Positions 1 to 18,583 of a stretch of DNA of 64,000 nucleotides are shown piece after piece. Source of the stretch: Amoebidium appalachense (lineage: Eukaryota > Protista > Ichthyosporea). Both the position numbers and the translations under genes were made by a program. The DNA is taken from NCBI GenBank assembly GCA_963693365.1, contig CAVNZM010000001.1:14370418-14434417 (forward strand). Direction: 5' to 3'. How positions within the stretch are numbered: the stretch's first letter is position 1; every line of letters starts with the position of its first letter. The notes beneath the pieces are model-generated. The model searched no databases. It saw only the letters and a program-made list of their open reading frames with translations, and had not been told where the DNA came from.

Positions 1-181
1 TTTAGGGAAACGTATAATTTTATTCATTAGCAGTTGGTCACTTAAGGAAGCAAACAAACGCAAAGCTCCAACAAAGTTTCCCACCGATGGCCAGCACGAT
101 TTCGTATATTCGTTGAGAGCCTGTTTTTGATAGTTGGTGGTTGGCATTGCCATTTCGCGTGCACACGTTTTTTTCTTGAAG

Positions 182-612
182 GGGCAAAACGGCATGTTGG
201 AACCAGACGACATCGTGTTGCTCATTCGCAGAGCCTTTAGGTATGTACTCTTTCCCCTACCTCCTCCTCTTCGATTGCCAATCCTTGACTACCCCACATG
301 CAATCTTTCAAATTTCCCTTTTTTCATTCAGCGATAGCCTGTAAACGAACACACACACACACACACACACACAGCACACACACACACACAGCCATGTCTC
401 AGTTAGTTCCCTTTTTAAACCAACGTCTTGGTTTGTTGGGCTGTGTGTGCTTGTGGCCATGTAGCTGTTTTGGTGTCTGTGCCTATGTGGTGTGCCGATG
501 TTTCTGTTGTTGGTGCATGTAATGTGCTGGTGTGTGTGAGCTCATACGCACTTCTTTTACGTGTTTGGTTGATCACCTGTTCAGTTTTCCCACCTTGTCA
601 AGTTAATTCGTA

Positions 613-703
<91 letters not shown>

Positions 704-3609
704 ATGTGTGCATGTGTGCGCACCACCCGTTCGTATGTGATTGATCAATACAGTGTGACAAGATTTGGCCTACATAAGCTGGAACTGTCGTCATCTTAGA
801 ACACTTGCCCCTATCCAATCCCGATGGCTATGAAAATACCAGTTCGATGCATGAGCTACAATCATCATTTGTGCGTTGGGCATCCTTTCGTTCACATCCC
901 TGCTCCCCCCCCTCCCTCCCCCCCCCCCCCCCCCCCCCCCCAAATTTCCTTTTCACAGCCTTAGCCTTGATGCGCACGGTTTTCTGTATGTGCGGATTTT
1001 TTTTCTTGTACTTAGTCTTCTATCGTGAACCACATTAACTAACACCCCCCCCCCCCCCCCTTCTCCCCCCGCCCCCTCCTCCCCTTTCCTTCCTCCCCAC
1101 CTCGCTACTTTCTCTTACAAACACCCTTGTCCGCCCATCTCCCCCTCCCCCCCCCCCCCCCCCCCCGGTCTCCCTCTCTCCCTCCCTTTCTTTCCTTTTA
1201 CAGGCTGTAACAGTGTGTATACACTCTCTGTTGCACACCATGGGTCCTGGCACCGGTGATTCAGACATGACTGCACGCTACCCGAGTGCTACCCCACCCA
1301 TGCAACGGCGGACCGAATTTGTGGCGGCCGTGGACGAGACGAGACGGCGGCCTGCATCGGTCGGATCACAGGCGGATTTGGAATTTGCGGTGCTCCTAGG
1401 AACTATGAAGGAGAGTGTGGCGGTGGCACGCGTGCAGAGGCAGGCGATGATGATTTTGAAGCCCGGGTCGGTTTTGGAGGAGGAGGAGGAGGAGGACAGG
1501 GAGGGAGTATCGATTTCCGGAGGCAAAAACACGGAGATTTCGGACGCGTGCCCGCGCGGGGTCAAGACGGGTGCTGGCGCGCCCGCGGTGGGTGCGCCGT
1601 CAATGCACGATTCCAAGCGGATGAGCAACCCAAACCTCGCACGTATGCCCACTGCGCCACACCAAGGCGGAGTCGTAAATTCCCCCGGGGGGGGTTCCTG
1701 ACGGCGCAACTTCGCCTATGGCCCCGTCCGGTGGGCCTCCTTCGGCAGCTGGTGGGGCCGGGGGGGTCAAAAGGGAACAAGTATCGCAGGCGGCAAAGGC
1801 GGCAACCCCTTTTCAGCACCGACCCGTCCAGGCGCCACTTTCCGCTTCTGGTCCGGGGGGGAATCTATCTGTAAATTTACGAGACACCTCCTCTGCACCC
1901 AATGCACTGCATCCAGTGCACTGTGCCCCCACACCTTCCCCCACCTCTGCCACTACGACACATCAACGAACCACCACCCAAACCACACCTGCCGGAATTT
2001 CAACCCCTGGCCGGCCCCCAGCCCCACACACACCCACACAGGCACAGGCACAGAACCAAGTCGGAGGCGCCCGCATAACCGCGCAACCACCAAGACAGAC
2101 CCCCCCTCCCAGCCTACAACTCACCACACCCCCGGCCCAAAATGCGTCGACAAAGCCTCTGCCCAAATCCAACGCCCCATCTCCCTTGGGATCGACGGCG
2201 CACCCGCCGGCGCCGACCGTCTCCGACCAATTGCACGTAAGCACTCCGCATCGTCCAATCAACGCCTCGGAAGCCTCAAAACACGCAAACACAATGATAT
2301 CTGCGGGGATCCAAAGCAAACCCCCCTCCCCGAACCCCACCTCCCCCCGCCCACCGGACGGCGGACGGCCCCGCGCGGCCACCGGAACGGCTGGGTCCCA
2401 AGCATCGGGCCTGCCCGTTCCACGTTCCCCTCACATGGTGCGTGCGTTGGAACAGGGGGTACAGACGCAACCCTCACCCACACAACCCCCCGCGGGTGCA
2501 CAGGCACAGGCACAGGCAGGGGCGGGAGCGGGGGTGGGGGCGGGGAGCAAACCGCGGCGGGCGACTGCGCCGGCCGCAAGCGCAACGACATCTGTCAGCG
2601 GGAGGTTTACTTTGACGGCGGTTCCGCCGGGGGAAAAAACGGAGAAAATTCCCGGGGGGATGGTGGGATCCGGTACGGCGCAACATCAACAACGCACGGC
2701 AGGCACCGGCGGACAACAGCAACAACAACCCACCAACATTGTGCAGGGGCAACACCAACCCGTAGCTGCGATAGCGAAAACCGCTTCTTCCGTTTCTCTC
2801 CCCGCCCTCCCTGTCGTTCCTGAGGGAGGGGACGGGTACATTACCACGCAGACGCAGACTACCCCCGCGGCGTTTTTCCCCCCTCAGCACGCGATTCCCA
2901 CCGCCTCTCCTCACCAACAACACGCACACACATTGCATACACAGACATATACACACGCACCATCGATAACTAAGAACCAAACGCCGTCTCCTAGCTCTAC
3001 CCCTGTGGCTGGCGGCGGTTCGGTGTTTGTTTCTTCTCCCGTTCAATCTGTTTCTGCACCTACGGTTGGGGGAGGAGGGGGGTCCAGGGAACAGGTAGCA
3101 CTTTTCAGTTGGCAATGTCTCGTGTTCAGTCCTTTCAACAGCAGCTTTCCGCGTGCCAGCAGCAGCAGGAGAGGCTCCACCAGCGACAGGACGACATTTT
3201 CGAACTGGTGCGGCAGATTTCCACCGACGTATCGCGCATGCAGAGCCTGCACACGGCCCATATTGAGTCGCTGCAGTGCATGGCCCGCCAGCAACATAAA
3301 TTGCTGGCGCGGATCGCGAGATCGCTCGGCCTGGACGATCCGGCGGCGGACGGCGGAGGCGGCGACAGAGTGGGCGATTTGGTCGAGGCGGTGGTCTCCC
3401 TCGACTTTGAGGTGGAGGCGCTGAGGAGGGAAAATGCGGCGCTGAAAAATGCGTTGAAGGTTGAACCCCCCCGAATTTCGTCCCTGTCCGTAGGTGCAAC
3501 CCCGGCAGGACCGGCTACTGCTCAGAATTCTACGCTCGCCGCCTCCGGGCAGAAGCCGGCGAGCCGGAGCGTGTCTTGCTCCCCGAAGATAACCGGATCT
3601 CACCATTGA
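182..3609 (+). CDS. 3' part of an uncharacterised gene: long Pro/Thr/Gln/Ala/Gly low-complexity region with C-terminal coiled coil; probably begins left of the window
   Basis: Candidate exons 182-240, 800-870 and 1204-3609 have GT-AG ends and compatible phases. ORFs 1213-1701, 1718-3424 and 3109-3609 join into one frame if single-base indels are assumed at homopolymers 1687-1694 (G8) and about 3077-3105. The C-terminus is heptad-like (SRVQSFQQQLSACQQQQERLHQRQ...EVEALRRENAALKNALK). No family recognised; the two small upstream exons are less certain. Confidence 0.55.
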
Positions 3610-3815
3610 ACGGAATTGGGGGGCAAAATCTGGTACCAGTCTCTCAATTGAATGGATGTGGATTGGGTAGCTTCTTCCTCTCTCCCTCTGTATTGTTTCT
3701 TTCCCGTTCTATAGCGTGTTGTGATGTTTGGTTTTTCCTTTGCCTCTGCTCTTTAAGGGCAAAACAACGTTTACATATACAGTCACATAGACACATCTGC
3801 CGACACAAAATACTA

Positions 3816-3878
<63 letters not shown>

Positions 3879-4272
3879 ACACACAGAGAGAGAGAGAGAG
3901 AGAGGGAAATGCACCTGCAGGCAGGCACACAGACCGAACCACACACTTAAAGTTCAGATATCGAACTACGAAAGAGATTGTACCATGTAAATGTTTGAAG
4001 CTTTAACAAGGCCTTTAGATGGAAATGATAAATGTTTAGAGATACCACTTGTATATAGTTGAAAGTTTTGCATGTGAGTTAGGTAGCATCTTAGGATGTT
4101 TTTCGTAACCAGGGGGTGGGCTGATACCCTCCACATGCACACACACAGATACACTTACACACGCACGTGCACACTTACACTCACACACACACACACACAA
4201 GCACTCACACTCACACACACACACATGTGCGCACAAAGACCACACACGTACACGTCCACACAAAACCACAAG

Positions 4273-4315
<43 letters not shown>

Positions 4316-4705
4316 CGCCGCAATATGGTGCCTTGCAGTGCAGACAGTAGCACTGCTTTTAAAGTTACTGGATCCTAGCATACCTCATTTGCTTCGTTTG
4401 ATTGGTGGAGATTCGTTCTAAAGGTTATTTTAGAAATGAACGATTTTGTACAGTGGATTTAGTGATTGCCCTAATGTGAGAGTCTGACTTCATGTGAGAA
4501 TTTGCACAACCCCTTCGTGTGTATTTTGATTATTCCATGTGTTTTATTGCCTTGTTTGTGCACTACCATATATGGTATCTTTTGCGGCTGGCTGGCCAGT
4601 CCAATTGCAGAACCAACGATGAAAAATGCTCAGATTCATGTGCCATATGAATCACCTAAAAGCAACCATTGCTATTCCCATTTTAGCCACTGGGCAGCAA
4701 GCCAC

Positions 4706-4774
4706 ATTGGTGACGTCAATCTGTGCACAGTTTCCATAACGCCGTGTAGCCGAGATCTGAAAAGGGCGCGAAAA
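4706..4774. promoter_or_regulatory. Promoter-like motif cluster (CCAAT box, CRE/ATF site, E2F site)
   Basis: ATTGG at 4706-4710, TGACGTCA at 4711-4718 and GGCGCGAAAA (reverse complement TTTTCGCGCC) at 4765-4774, in a repeat-free CpG-containing stretch. Motif match only. Confidence 0.35.
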
Positions 4775-5145
4775 TAGGCTGGTTGAAGCTGGCTCTGTCG
4801 TATGTCGACTTCGGCAATGTGACACAATTTGTCTCTCCTAATTGAAGACACGCATTTGCGAAATGCGGCTCTCGGGTGGTCAGCGCCCAGACACTAAAAT
4901 GGGAGACGCGGTGGTTGGTTTAAGGTTTGTGTGTTGAATTGCTACGTGTTATTTGATCGATGCCAGAACAAATAATTCACTTCCTTTTTATACTAATTGA
5001 GTGCTACCTCCATCTATCGTGAAATATTGCGTGCACGTGGTTGCCATATAAAGGAATTTCAGAGCTATGCCAACATAGACATTAAGGCCCTTTTCAGCCA
5101 CAAATTCTTTTTTCGGTGGTGGCCGGTGGTGGTGGTGGTGGTGAT

Positions 5146-5199
<54 letters not shown>

Positions 5200-5629
5200 A
5201 AAGTTTTAAAAGAGAAAAAAGTTGAACCAATTAAACTTGAATTTTCCTCCTGGGCTGCATGGGGGTGCTTCATCATAAGAAAATCCTGATACATCACCAT
5301 GGCCCGATTTCTTTTTTTTTTCACGTACCTGATGTATATTTAAAGCTAGGGGGATATACGAGTAAACAACCCCCCCCCCCCCCCCCCCCCCCCTCCCCCC
5401 CCCCCCCCCCCCAAATATGGTCTCTGTGCTTCGAGTAAACACCCAGTGAAACGCAGAGTTTTCTGGGCTATATTTACCGTCCACAAATCATATGAAAAAA
5501 CATACGTGTTCTCCATATATATGGCAATGTTCTTATTACAAGTGGGGGATTGTAAGACGGGAATATATAGTTTTTTTTTTTTTTGTTGGGGATAAACTAT
5601 AGAAGCGTATCAATGTCTGTGAAGATCTA

Positions 5630-8520
<2,891 letters not shown>

Positions 8521-9819
8521 CTACTCGACTGAAGCAGAGTACTAGTGAGGCTCCCTTGATTGACAAGGGGCATGAGCTCACAACAACACTTAAGGTAGAA
8601 TCCCTGTCAGTCTGAGTTCTCACACCCAGAACAAGTGGATGATATAAAATTGTGTTTCCCCCACCCTTTTTTTCTTTTCTTTTCTTTTTTTCTTTTCCCG
8701 GTCACTAAGTCTTGTGTGTGATTTCAGTTGTCAATGACATTCATAGGCGACCGCATCTAACTAAAGCCTTTGAGGAATATTCACACAAAAAAAAAAAAAA
8801 AAAAAAAAAGAAAAGAAAAAAAAATCTCACGGCCTACCTTTAGAATACCAACTATGTTCAACCTGAGATTGAACAGTTGCCTGCTGCAGTGGCCAGAACC
8901 CTAATTCAGAAAAACTTTGAAGTTGGAGGGAAGAAGTCTAAAACCTCCTTTTTTTACCTTTCTGCTATACACAACTCCTTTGCTCCAAACAATGAAACTG
9001 ACAGCCTGGGTGAACTTGTGCCGTCACGGTGGTTTTATATCTGCCAAACTGTGGCATTACGTGTTTTTTCTCGGGTTTTTGCTGACAGCGCCCCTGTTCA
9101 ACAAATCGGACTCACATGTGCATATGCATGCAGTATCGTGACTCGGGCCTCGGAGGCTCAGGCCCAGGGCACAGAAGTTGAGTCGGAGTCGGACTGCCGT
9201 GTATTTGCTATTAATAACAATAACGTTTGAGTCTTGACGTCACATTCAGCACGGGAGCCTGTACGGAACTGAATATAAGGAGTTGATGAGTCCAAATTGT
9301 ATGGCGAGTCCGGCCAACCCGTACGAATCGGCTTGCGCAAGAGTACTTAAGAAGTGTAACTTAGCCCTGCATATGTGGCATGTGCCACAAATGTCCCACG
9401 CATGAAGAATCGTTCGGTTGGGAGAACTGTAATTACAGAAATATAAAGCTGAAACAGGGCAAAGTCACGGTGCCTTTTGCATTTCGAATTCTTCAGGGCG
9501 TGTGACCCTGAGACTGCAGAGACGTCATCCGATTGCACTACCGTACGTGGGCACACCGCGATGATATCTGTATGATATGCGTATAGTCACGTATTACATA
9601 TCGGCGAGTAGTACCCTGAGCGCTTGTAGGTGTATCCGTTTGACTGTGTGTGATATATATACGTGCATTGGCTGCCTGTGCTTGTGCATGTGTGTGCATG
9701 TGTGTGTGTCCGTGTGTGTCTGTGTGTGTCACAGTGTCTGGCCGTGGTGCAATCTGAAGCTTGTGTGTGCAGTCCGTGTATGCACTGCCTGTGTGTAATG
9801 TGCGTGTGTACGTGTGTGT

Positions 9820-9868
<49 letters not shown>

Positions 9869-10035
9869 CACGCACGTGTGGTGATTACATTAGCACTATG
9901 CATAGCTTGCTCTACTGTGTCCCGTAAAGTCTTGTCATACGATTACTACGTAGCTGTCAACAACATGATCCATTGCGGTGGTGGTCCTTGTCAGCAGGAA
10001 AACTTTGCAAGCCGGTGCATGCTGGTGAGATATTC

Positions 10036-10087
<52 letters not shown>

Positions 10088-10116
10088 AACACACAAACAC
10101 CCCACCCACCCCACCA

Positions 10117-10149
<33 letters not shown>

Positions 10150-10446
10150 TGTGGGGTGGAGCTGTGGGGTGGGGAAAGGGGGGGACGGTTTAATACTGTT
10201 CCCCCAAAATCAAAAACCAAAACAAAAAACACCACATGGTGCACACACACTTGTACAATGTTATGTGTACACACACCACAACCATCACCAACCAGCGTCA
10301 GCTAAACTGAAGTCACTGTGGTCGTGGTTGTGGTGGTGGTTTTGGTGGTAGTGGTGGTGGATGGGGGGGGGGGGGGAGAGAGAGAGAGGGGGGGGGGGGG
10401 GGGGAGAGAGAGAGAGAGAGGGGGGGGAGGGGGGGGAGGAGGTTGT

Positions 10447-10477
<31 letters not shown>

Positions 10478-10610
10478 TATTAGTCATTCGATAGTGCTTG
10501 AAACGTGGGTTAAAAATTCACGGCGAAGACGCTGAAGAAAAGTACTGTTTGCACGTAGGTTCCTTTCTTTATTCGAACAAGTTTTGGGGCCCGGGGGTAG
10601 CCACCGGGGC

Positions 10611-10818
10611 TTACGTGCGGGCCTCCTCCTCCGAGAGATGCTCCTCGTAGTGCATGTGCTTGCGGTAGGCACGCAGGAACTGAATGCCCACCTGTGGGGG
10701 AGACACGTGTGTGTGAGTGTGTGTACGTGTATGTTATGTGCGTGCACGTGTGTGAGCATGTCTGGGTGTGTATACAATAGTTGTGTGGGGATTGTAATTG
10801 AGCGCGGTGTACATTTGT

Positions 10819-10868
<50 letters not shown>

Positions 10869-11313
10869 TGAGGGCGTGTACTGGTGTACGCTGCCTGGGT
10901 GCGTATGTATGGTTTTATGTCCATGTGTCTGTATCTGTGTGTCTAAGCGTGCGTTTATGTCAGGAATGCCCACATCTGCGTGATAGGCTGCCAAGATCAA
11001 ATTAGAAAAATCACGAGGCCCGATCACCCACACCGGCAGGAGAGTTGTGTCTCTGCACACATACACGTGAATTCTGCACACGTACGCACACACACACCGT
11101 ATCCCTACCTTGTTGAGTGATTGCAGTTCAACCCCCAGGTCTGGGATGCCGGGCAGGCCGAGGGGCACGTCATCAAGACCCTCCTGCAGTGGTGACGTCA
11201 GAATTTACCCCCCCCCCCCTGATGACGTCAGGATTTGTGTATACATCTACCCGTTTAACCCTCTCCCAACAAGAAGTTATGAACTACTCCTATAGCTCTC
11301 GCTTTTAGATCTT

Positions 11314-11380
<67 letters not shown>

Positions 11381-11829
11381 AAATCCCCATCTGGAGGTCA
11401 ACCCCACATAATTGAAGCTGAAGTGGGTTAAGTATGTGGGGAACTATCGACACCAAAAAAGAGAGATTATACGTTTTTCCTGTTCTGTGTGTTGTTAGTA
11501 GTGGGGTGTGTGTGTGTGTGCGTGGAGACAGGAAGGGGGGTGGAACGGGGTACACAGGGCAAAGGGCAACAAAAAAAAAACAACGAACGAAAGGAACAGG
11601 TCAAAGGACGTATATTGGCAAGCGAAAGGCTATACTGCCAAATGCTCGAATTGTGAGCCCGTTATTGGGAGAGGTGGAGGGTTGGTGTGTGTATGTGTGC
11701 ATGTGTGTGTGTTGGGGGGGAGGGGGGGGACCAACCCGGATAACACCATCGACGGTCATGAAGGGGTCACGGAGGTACTCAATGCCAGAGGCAAAAGCCC
11801 TGCAGGCACAATCATTAGACTACATACAG

Positions 11830-11891
<62 letters not shown>

Positions 11892-12068
11892 AGACACACA
11901 CCCGCGCGTGCACGCGCACACACTATGCCCCACCAACCTGCAGCCCCCTTACATATTCCATTTTCCCCATTCATACATTTTCCAAAATCACATCTTAACC
12001 CACCCAAAACACCTACACCAATCTCTTCCCCCCCCCCCCCCTCTCTTTTTCTACCACGCACCAGCACG

Positions 12069-12111
<43 letters not shown>

Positions 12112-12178
12112 GCGCGCACGGACGCGAGCACGTGCACTCACCCACCCACCCATACACACGCACATGCTGTACACATGT

Positions 12179-12266
<88 letters not shown>

Positions 12267-12403
12267 ACTTGGTGGCAAACTGGGGCAGCTGGAGGATCCT
12301 GCCCTCCTCCCTGGTGGTGTGGTAGAAAAACTGCACGAGCTCCTCATTGGTGTAGCTCCGTGGCCTGTACGTGTGTGTGTGTGTGTGTGCATGTATGTGT
12401 GTG

Positions 12404-12450
<47 letters not shown>

Positions 12451-12698
12451 CTGTGCGTGTTCGCGCGTGTGTGTTAACATGCGGTTCTAAGCACAACATT
12501 ACGTACAGAGAATCTGCAGACATATGCTACACGCAAGAAGCAACACACACACACATGCACACACTCAAAATCAAGGGGAGAAGGGGAGGAAGGGGGAGTT
12601 AAACCCCCGATTTCCATTTTGAAAGAGGTGTCAAACATATCACGCACACAAACCAAACCACACAAACACACCAGGCATAAAAGTAATATAACTCCAAG

Positions 12699-12736
<38 letters not shown>

Positions 12737-12940
12737 CGGCGTCCCGGGAACCTCCGGGCCACAAGAAGAAAAAAAGAGATAACGTCGGCCCATACAAGTG
12801 CAGGAGTCTGTTGTGTGTGTGCGTGTGCGTGTGCGTGTGCATGTGTGTGTGTGTGTCCCCTTACCCGACGAACTCGAAGGTGGCGCCGGGTGCCTTGGCA
12901 TCCTCCACACATTGTGCCAGAGCACGTCCGACATCAATAG

Positions 12941-12973
<33 letters not shown>

Positions 12974-13997
12974 ATTTTGTGACCGTCCGCACATGCATGG
13001 GTGCGAAGAAGTGTCCGGATGTGTGTGTGTGTGTTAGAGCCAGCGGAGTTCCCATGGGCAATGAACCCAGGGAGGGGAAGGGTGGAGAGGGGGGGGGGGG
13101 GGGGGGGGGGGAGGGGTAAGAGTAAGAAAGAGAGAGAGAGGGGGGGGGGGGAGGGGGGTCAGGAAATGTCGCGCACACGCTATGATGCCCAACACTTAGC
13201 CGACGGACAAGGAACGCGAACTAGAAAGGAATTTTTCACGCAACAAGCAATCATCTGAAAACACAGTAATTCGATTGAAAGAGGACATCGGCCCAAGACG
13301 TCTGGCCAGCAACAGGCATTTCAGCCGTTTAACCCTCACTCCACTCCCACGTTTTTTCTCGCTTGTCTTTTCTTATCCCCCCCCCCCCCCCCCCCCTCAC
13401 CCGCCCCCGCCCCCCCTCTCCCCTCCCCCCCCCCCTTCCCCCACCACCCCTTCAAAAAAAAAAAAAGAAAAAAAAAAAAAAGGGCCCACCACCTTAATAT
13501 AAAACAAACAAACAAAAAACACTGCTATGAACGGTTGCGAGGAACAGAGGAAAACAGCCGTGGGCAATACATCACTTGAGCCTGTAAGTTACTGCCCTCG
13601 TGCAGGTTCCACGTGTGTGCTTGGTCGCCTGAGCTCACATGCGGGAGGTGTGTGCGTGTGGGTTGTTAGTGGGCCCCTCTATTTATTGTACACTTGTGCT
13701 ACTTCTTTGTCTTGCGTGTTGTGTGTGCATTTGCATGTGCGTGTCTCTGTGTGTGTGTGCGCACACCCGTGCGTGGGTGCGTGCGTGTGCGTGTGCGCTA
13801 AGATGATGTGTTTGTTGTGTATGAGAGCACGTGTGCGTCGCATGCGCTTTGTGTCCGTGTGGGGTGGGGTGGGGTGGGTGGGTGGGTGGGTGGGGGGAAC
13901 TCATACGAATACTGGCCACTTGAGGGCTGCTTTGCGCGCGACGGGAATGTTGTTGCTAAAAACGAATTTCTTGACTGCACCCACACATTGCGTCAGC

Positions 13998-14040
<43 letters not shown>

Positions 14041-15667
14041 CCGCACAACAAAACATAAAAATAAACCTTGAGCATGAGAAGTACACGCAAACCGTCAACT
14101 TCACCCACACATGCATGCACGCACGTGTTCACGAACCCCCCCCCCCCCCCTTAAACACATACACACACACGTGCACACACACCACACACCATGCGCACAC
14201 GCCCGAGTCGACCCCTTCCTGGCTAACACGTACACTACTCCTGCTCAAAGGTATAAAGTGCCAAACGACACGGGCTAACCGATCAGAGGGGATAGTATAA
14301 AACTTAAACCACACAACAGGGTAGCAATGTGCTTACTAGGGCAGAGCACTACTGTCACCCCCCCCAAAAAAAAGAGAAAGGGGGGAGGGGGGAGGGAAGG
14401 AGGAGGTGTTTGTGTGTCTGTGTGTGTGTGTGTATTTAAGGTGGAGGGGGGGGGGGGGGGGGGGAGGGGAGGGAAAAATACCGGCAATGTAGTTGAAGAA
14501 GCGGTCCTCAGGGCCAAAGCACTGGGCCGGACGGACAATGGTGGCATTGGGGAAGGCCTTCTTGACCGCCTGCTCACCTGCATACTGTGTGCGCACCAAG
14601 GGGGTTAGAACACACAGAAAAATACTGCGTTTTATAAGGGCAATGGTTATGATAACCTTGGTGTGTAAATGTTCGCTTCTATTGTATTTGTAAACTTTTA
14701 TATATGCAATGCACTTGCATGTACATGAGTCACTATCGCAATCCCACACAGTGTGGCTAAGGCCTTTCTCTCGGCTAACCGTTCACACCTGTCCAGTTAA
14801 TAGTTAGTAAACTCGAGCGGCGGTGGTCATTGCGCCTGTGAATATCAACCGTTTGAACAAATTTGCTGTATTCGTTGCATTCTAGGTACTGGTTGCACAC
14901 CAGTATAGATGTTAAGGAACTCGTTGCACACTATCTACTCGTTGAACATCTTATATTTGTTGCACACCCAACTCTTTTTGCACACCTAATACTCCTTGCA
15001 CGCATAATACTCCTTGCACGCATAATACTCCTTGCGCACATAATACTCATTGCACGCATAATACTCCTTGACGCATAATACTCATTGCACATACAATGAT
15101 CATTGCACACAGTTACATACCTTTGACTTGAGGTATTTCGATGGGGAGTCCGGGGCGGCGCCCAGGGCCGAGACGTGGATCAGACGCTCGACACCGGCCT
15201 CGGCACAGGCCTTAGCAATCATCTTGGCACCCTCCACGTGCACATCGTCGAAGTTGAAATTCCTGGAAATTTGGGGGGAATAAAAAGGGGGGGGGGAGGG
15301 GGGGGGGGGGGGGGAAGGGATGTTAGAATGTGTTATAGAGTATGTAATATACATTTATAATGGACCGGGGGGAAGGGGAGGGGAGGGGCTATAATGGACC
15401 GGGGGGAAAGGAAAGGAGGGGCCTCGCGGGGGGAGGGGTCGCGGGGGGCAGGGGGGGGGGGGGGGGGGGGGGGGGACAAAGAAGAATAAGTTAAGAAAAA
15501 TAAGAGGGATGGCAAAGGGGTGACACTAGTTACTAAATGATGTGTTGGGTGTATTCTGCTGAGGTTGGGAAAGCGAAAAAGCATGGCTGTGTGTGCTTTG
15601 CCATGTGAAACACAGACGGGAGAGCGGTTGTGTTTAATTGTGTGTTTGTGTTTGTGTTTGCAATCAT

Positions 15668-15725
<58 letters not shown>

Positions 15726-15746
15726 GTGCGCACGCGCGTGCGTGTC

Positions 15747-15787
<41 letters not shown>

Positions 15788-16669
15788 GCGTGTTTGTGCG
15801 TGTCTGCGTGCGCATGTGTGTATGTGTGCGCGCACACTCGTGTGTGTATGCGCGCTCTCACATACATGTGTAGTGAATGTGTGCGCTTGGCCAAGGGGAG
15901 GTGTGAACGAATAGCACGTGAGCGTAAAGAAACGAACCCAGCAATGTCTTAGCCCAAGTGTGTAAAGAGAATTAAAGGTGTACTCAGACATGGCAGGAAC
16001 TCAAACCAAGTAAAAACCATTACCGTGTGCGTGTGTGTGTGTGTGTGTGCGTGCGCGTGTGTGTGTGCACGTGTCTGTGGATGTGGATATGCATGTGCGC
16101 CTACGTGTGCATGCATGTGCATGTGCGTGTATGTATACGTGTACGAGTATGAATACATGTACATGTGTGGGTGTACACATGTGCATGTGATGTGCCTGTG
16201 CGTGTGCATGTGTGTGCAAGTGCCGACGTGTGCACGTGCTCGCGGGCAAATGACTGATGTCTGTATGTGCCTGTGTGTGCATGTCTGTATGTGTACGTGT
16301 TTGTATGTGTGCATGTGTGTGTGTGTGTGTCTGTATGTGCCTCTGTGTGCATTTACCTGGTCTCGTAGTCACGGCCAATCAGGTTGAAGACCACATCCGA
16401 GTACTTGACCGACTGCAGAATGCTGTCGTAGTCCCTCAGCTGAAACTCCTGCCCACCGAAACCACAGAATTCCTTTAGATTCATAACCATTTCCCATCTG
16501 CTCCCCAAAAAACAAACCAAAAACAATCAAAACAAACAAACAAAAAAAACAAAAGCCGCCACCACCACCACCACACATGCATGCACACACGCACACGCAC
16601 ACGCACACGCGTACACACACACACACACACACATACACATACACACACACGCAAACACACATACACAAT

Positions 16670-16700
<31 letters not shown>

Positions 16701-17003
16701 GGGGACGGGGGAGTTAAAAAAAAGTGGTCCCTAATTTACAGATCGAGATGAAAAACTCGTCCCTGACCACCCAATGCACCCAAATTCTTTAGAGTTAGGC
16801 TTATGCGAAGGAAAAAAACCGGAGGGAGAAGGGGGAATATATAATCCTGGGTGGGTGGGGGGTGGGGGGGGGGGGCAGGGTTCAGCAAGAGCGGGAACGT
16901 ACGGGGAATACGATCTGGCCGACATCACCCATGGGGCGGAGGTGACGGAAAGACATCTCATCCCCGCGGTAGGGAATGATGATCTGGGTGCCCTTCTTGC
17001 CTG

Positions 17004-17037
<34 letters not shown>

Positions 17038-17538
17038 TGTGTGTGTAGAGGACAGGGAGAGGGGAAAAGAGGGACAGAGCGAGGAGGAAGACGAAGGGGT
17101 GGCCCGGGGGGGGGGGGGTTTGAATGCGGAACACAGTACGAAGTACGCATAGACGATGAGAAGCATGATGCAGGACACATGCAAAGGCAAACATTCAAGT
17201 ATGCAGCATCAGCCATGCGCACAGTATGCGTCATAAGCAGAGCCCATCCTCAGGGGGATGATGTTAGGAAGGAGGGAGGGGTGGGGAATCGGAGAGAGGG
17301 AGGGGGGGGGGGGGGGGGAGAGGGAGGGGGGAAGGAAATGGAAAACCTTAACATAATGAACAAACTGCCGGTGGAATTAACGGCAGACCAGAGGAGGGAA
17401 CGTGTTTCATGACTTGTAATGGTACTAGCAATAATTAATAAGTGGTGTGAGAAGTGGAACTGTGTAAAAGGGGGGGGAAAGAAGCCAGAAGGGAAGAGAG
17501 GAACTGTGTATGTCTCTCTCTCTCTCTCTCTCTCTTTT

Positions 17539-17588
<50 letters not shown>

Positions 17589-17628
17589 TTCACGTACATA
17601 TGTGTGTATGCATGTATATGTATGTATG

Positions 17629-17688
<60 letters not shown>

Positions 17689-18496
17689 ATGTGCATGTGT
17701 GCATGCATGTACACACCCAGGTTGTTGACCAGGTAGCGGCCGATGAATCCAGTGGCACCAAACACGGTGGCGGTGATGCCGTTGACTGAGCAGCGACCGC
17801 CACGGCCAACACGTGCAAGTGCCTGGATCTGTCGTCGGGGCTGGAGGAAAAAAAAAAAAAAAAAAAAAAAAAAAAGAAAGAAAAGTAAAGGGAAGAAAAG
17901 AAAAAGAACGGACGGGAGGAGAGGGGGAAGGAGGGAAAGCGGAAAGAAGCGAGAAAGGGGGAAGGGTGGAATGCAAGTAGTATGGGTGTGAAGGAGAGAC
18001 GGAGGGACGGAGGGAGGGAAACAAAACGGAAGGGGAAAGGAATGAATAACAAAAGATACGAAAAGTGACAAGCCAGTGAAAACGAAACAAGGCAAACAAA
18101 CAAACAAACAAACAAAAAACAGCTCTGCAGACATCTAGCCCATTTTTTTCTTCTTTGTTGCATTTGATCTGACCCAGAATACAAAATAACCAGCCCATTT
18201 TGGAGCCTTGCAAAGCGGCCAGTAGTAATTTCATAGACAGATGGTGGCTCGAAAAAACATTTATATACATGGAAGGTTAGGTAGGGGTATAACAACACCC
18301 ATTTTTTAAGACTATGCATGCAAACATGCCACCATCTTTTTACCATCGACAAGACTGGATAACTCACTCCGACCTCTCTCTCTCTCTCTCTCTTTCTCTC
18401 CCCACAACCCAACCTCTCCCCTGCGCATCACATAACCACGCCACATATCATACTAGCATTATTCTTCTTGCATGCCCATCACTCTTGAACCAGATG

Positions 18497-18534
<38 letters not shown>

Positions 18535-18540
18535 CCGCGC

Positions 18541-18583
<43 letters not shown>

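Noticed and set aside
1963-3606. Long minus-strand ORFs (1963-2382, 2474-3499, 3043-3606)
   Set aside because: Antisense shadows of a GC-rich plus-strand exon, with no recognisable motifs.
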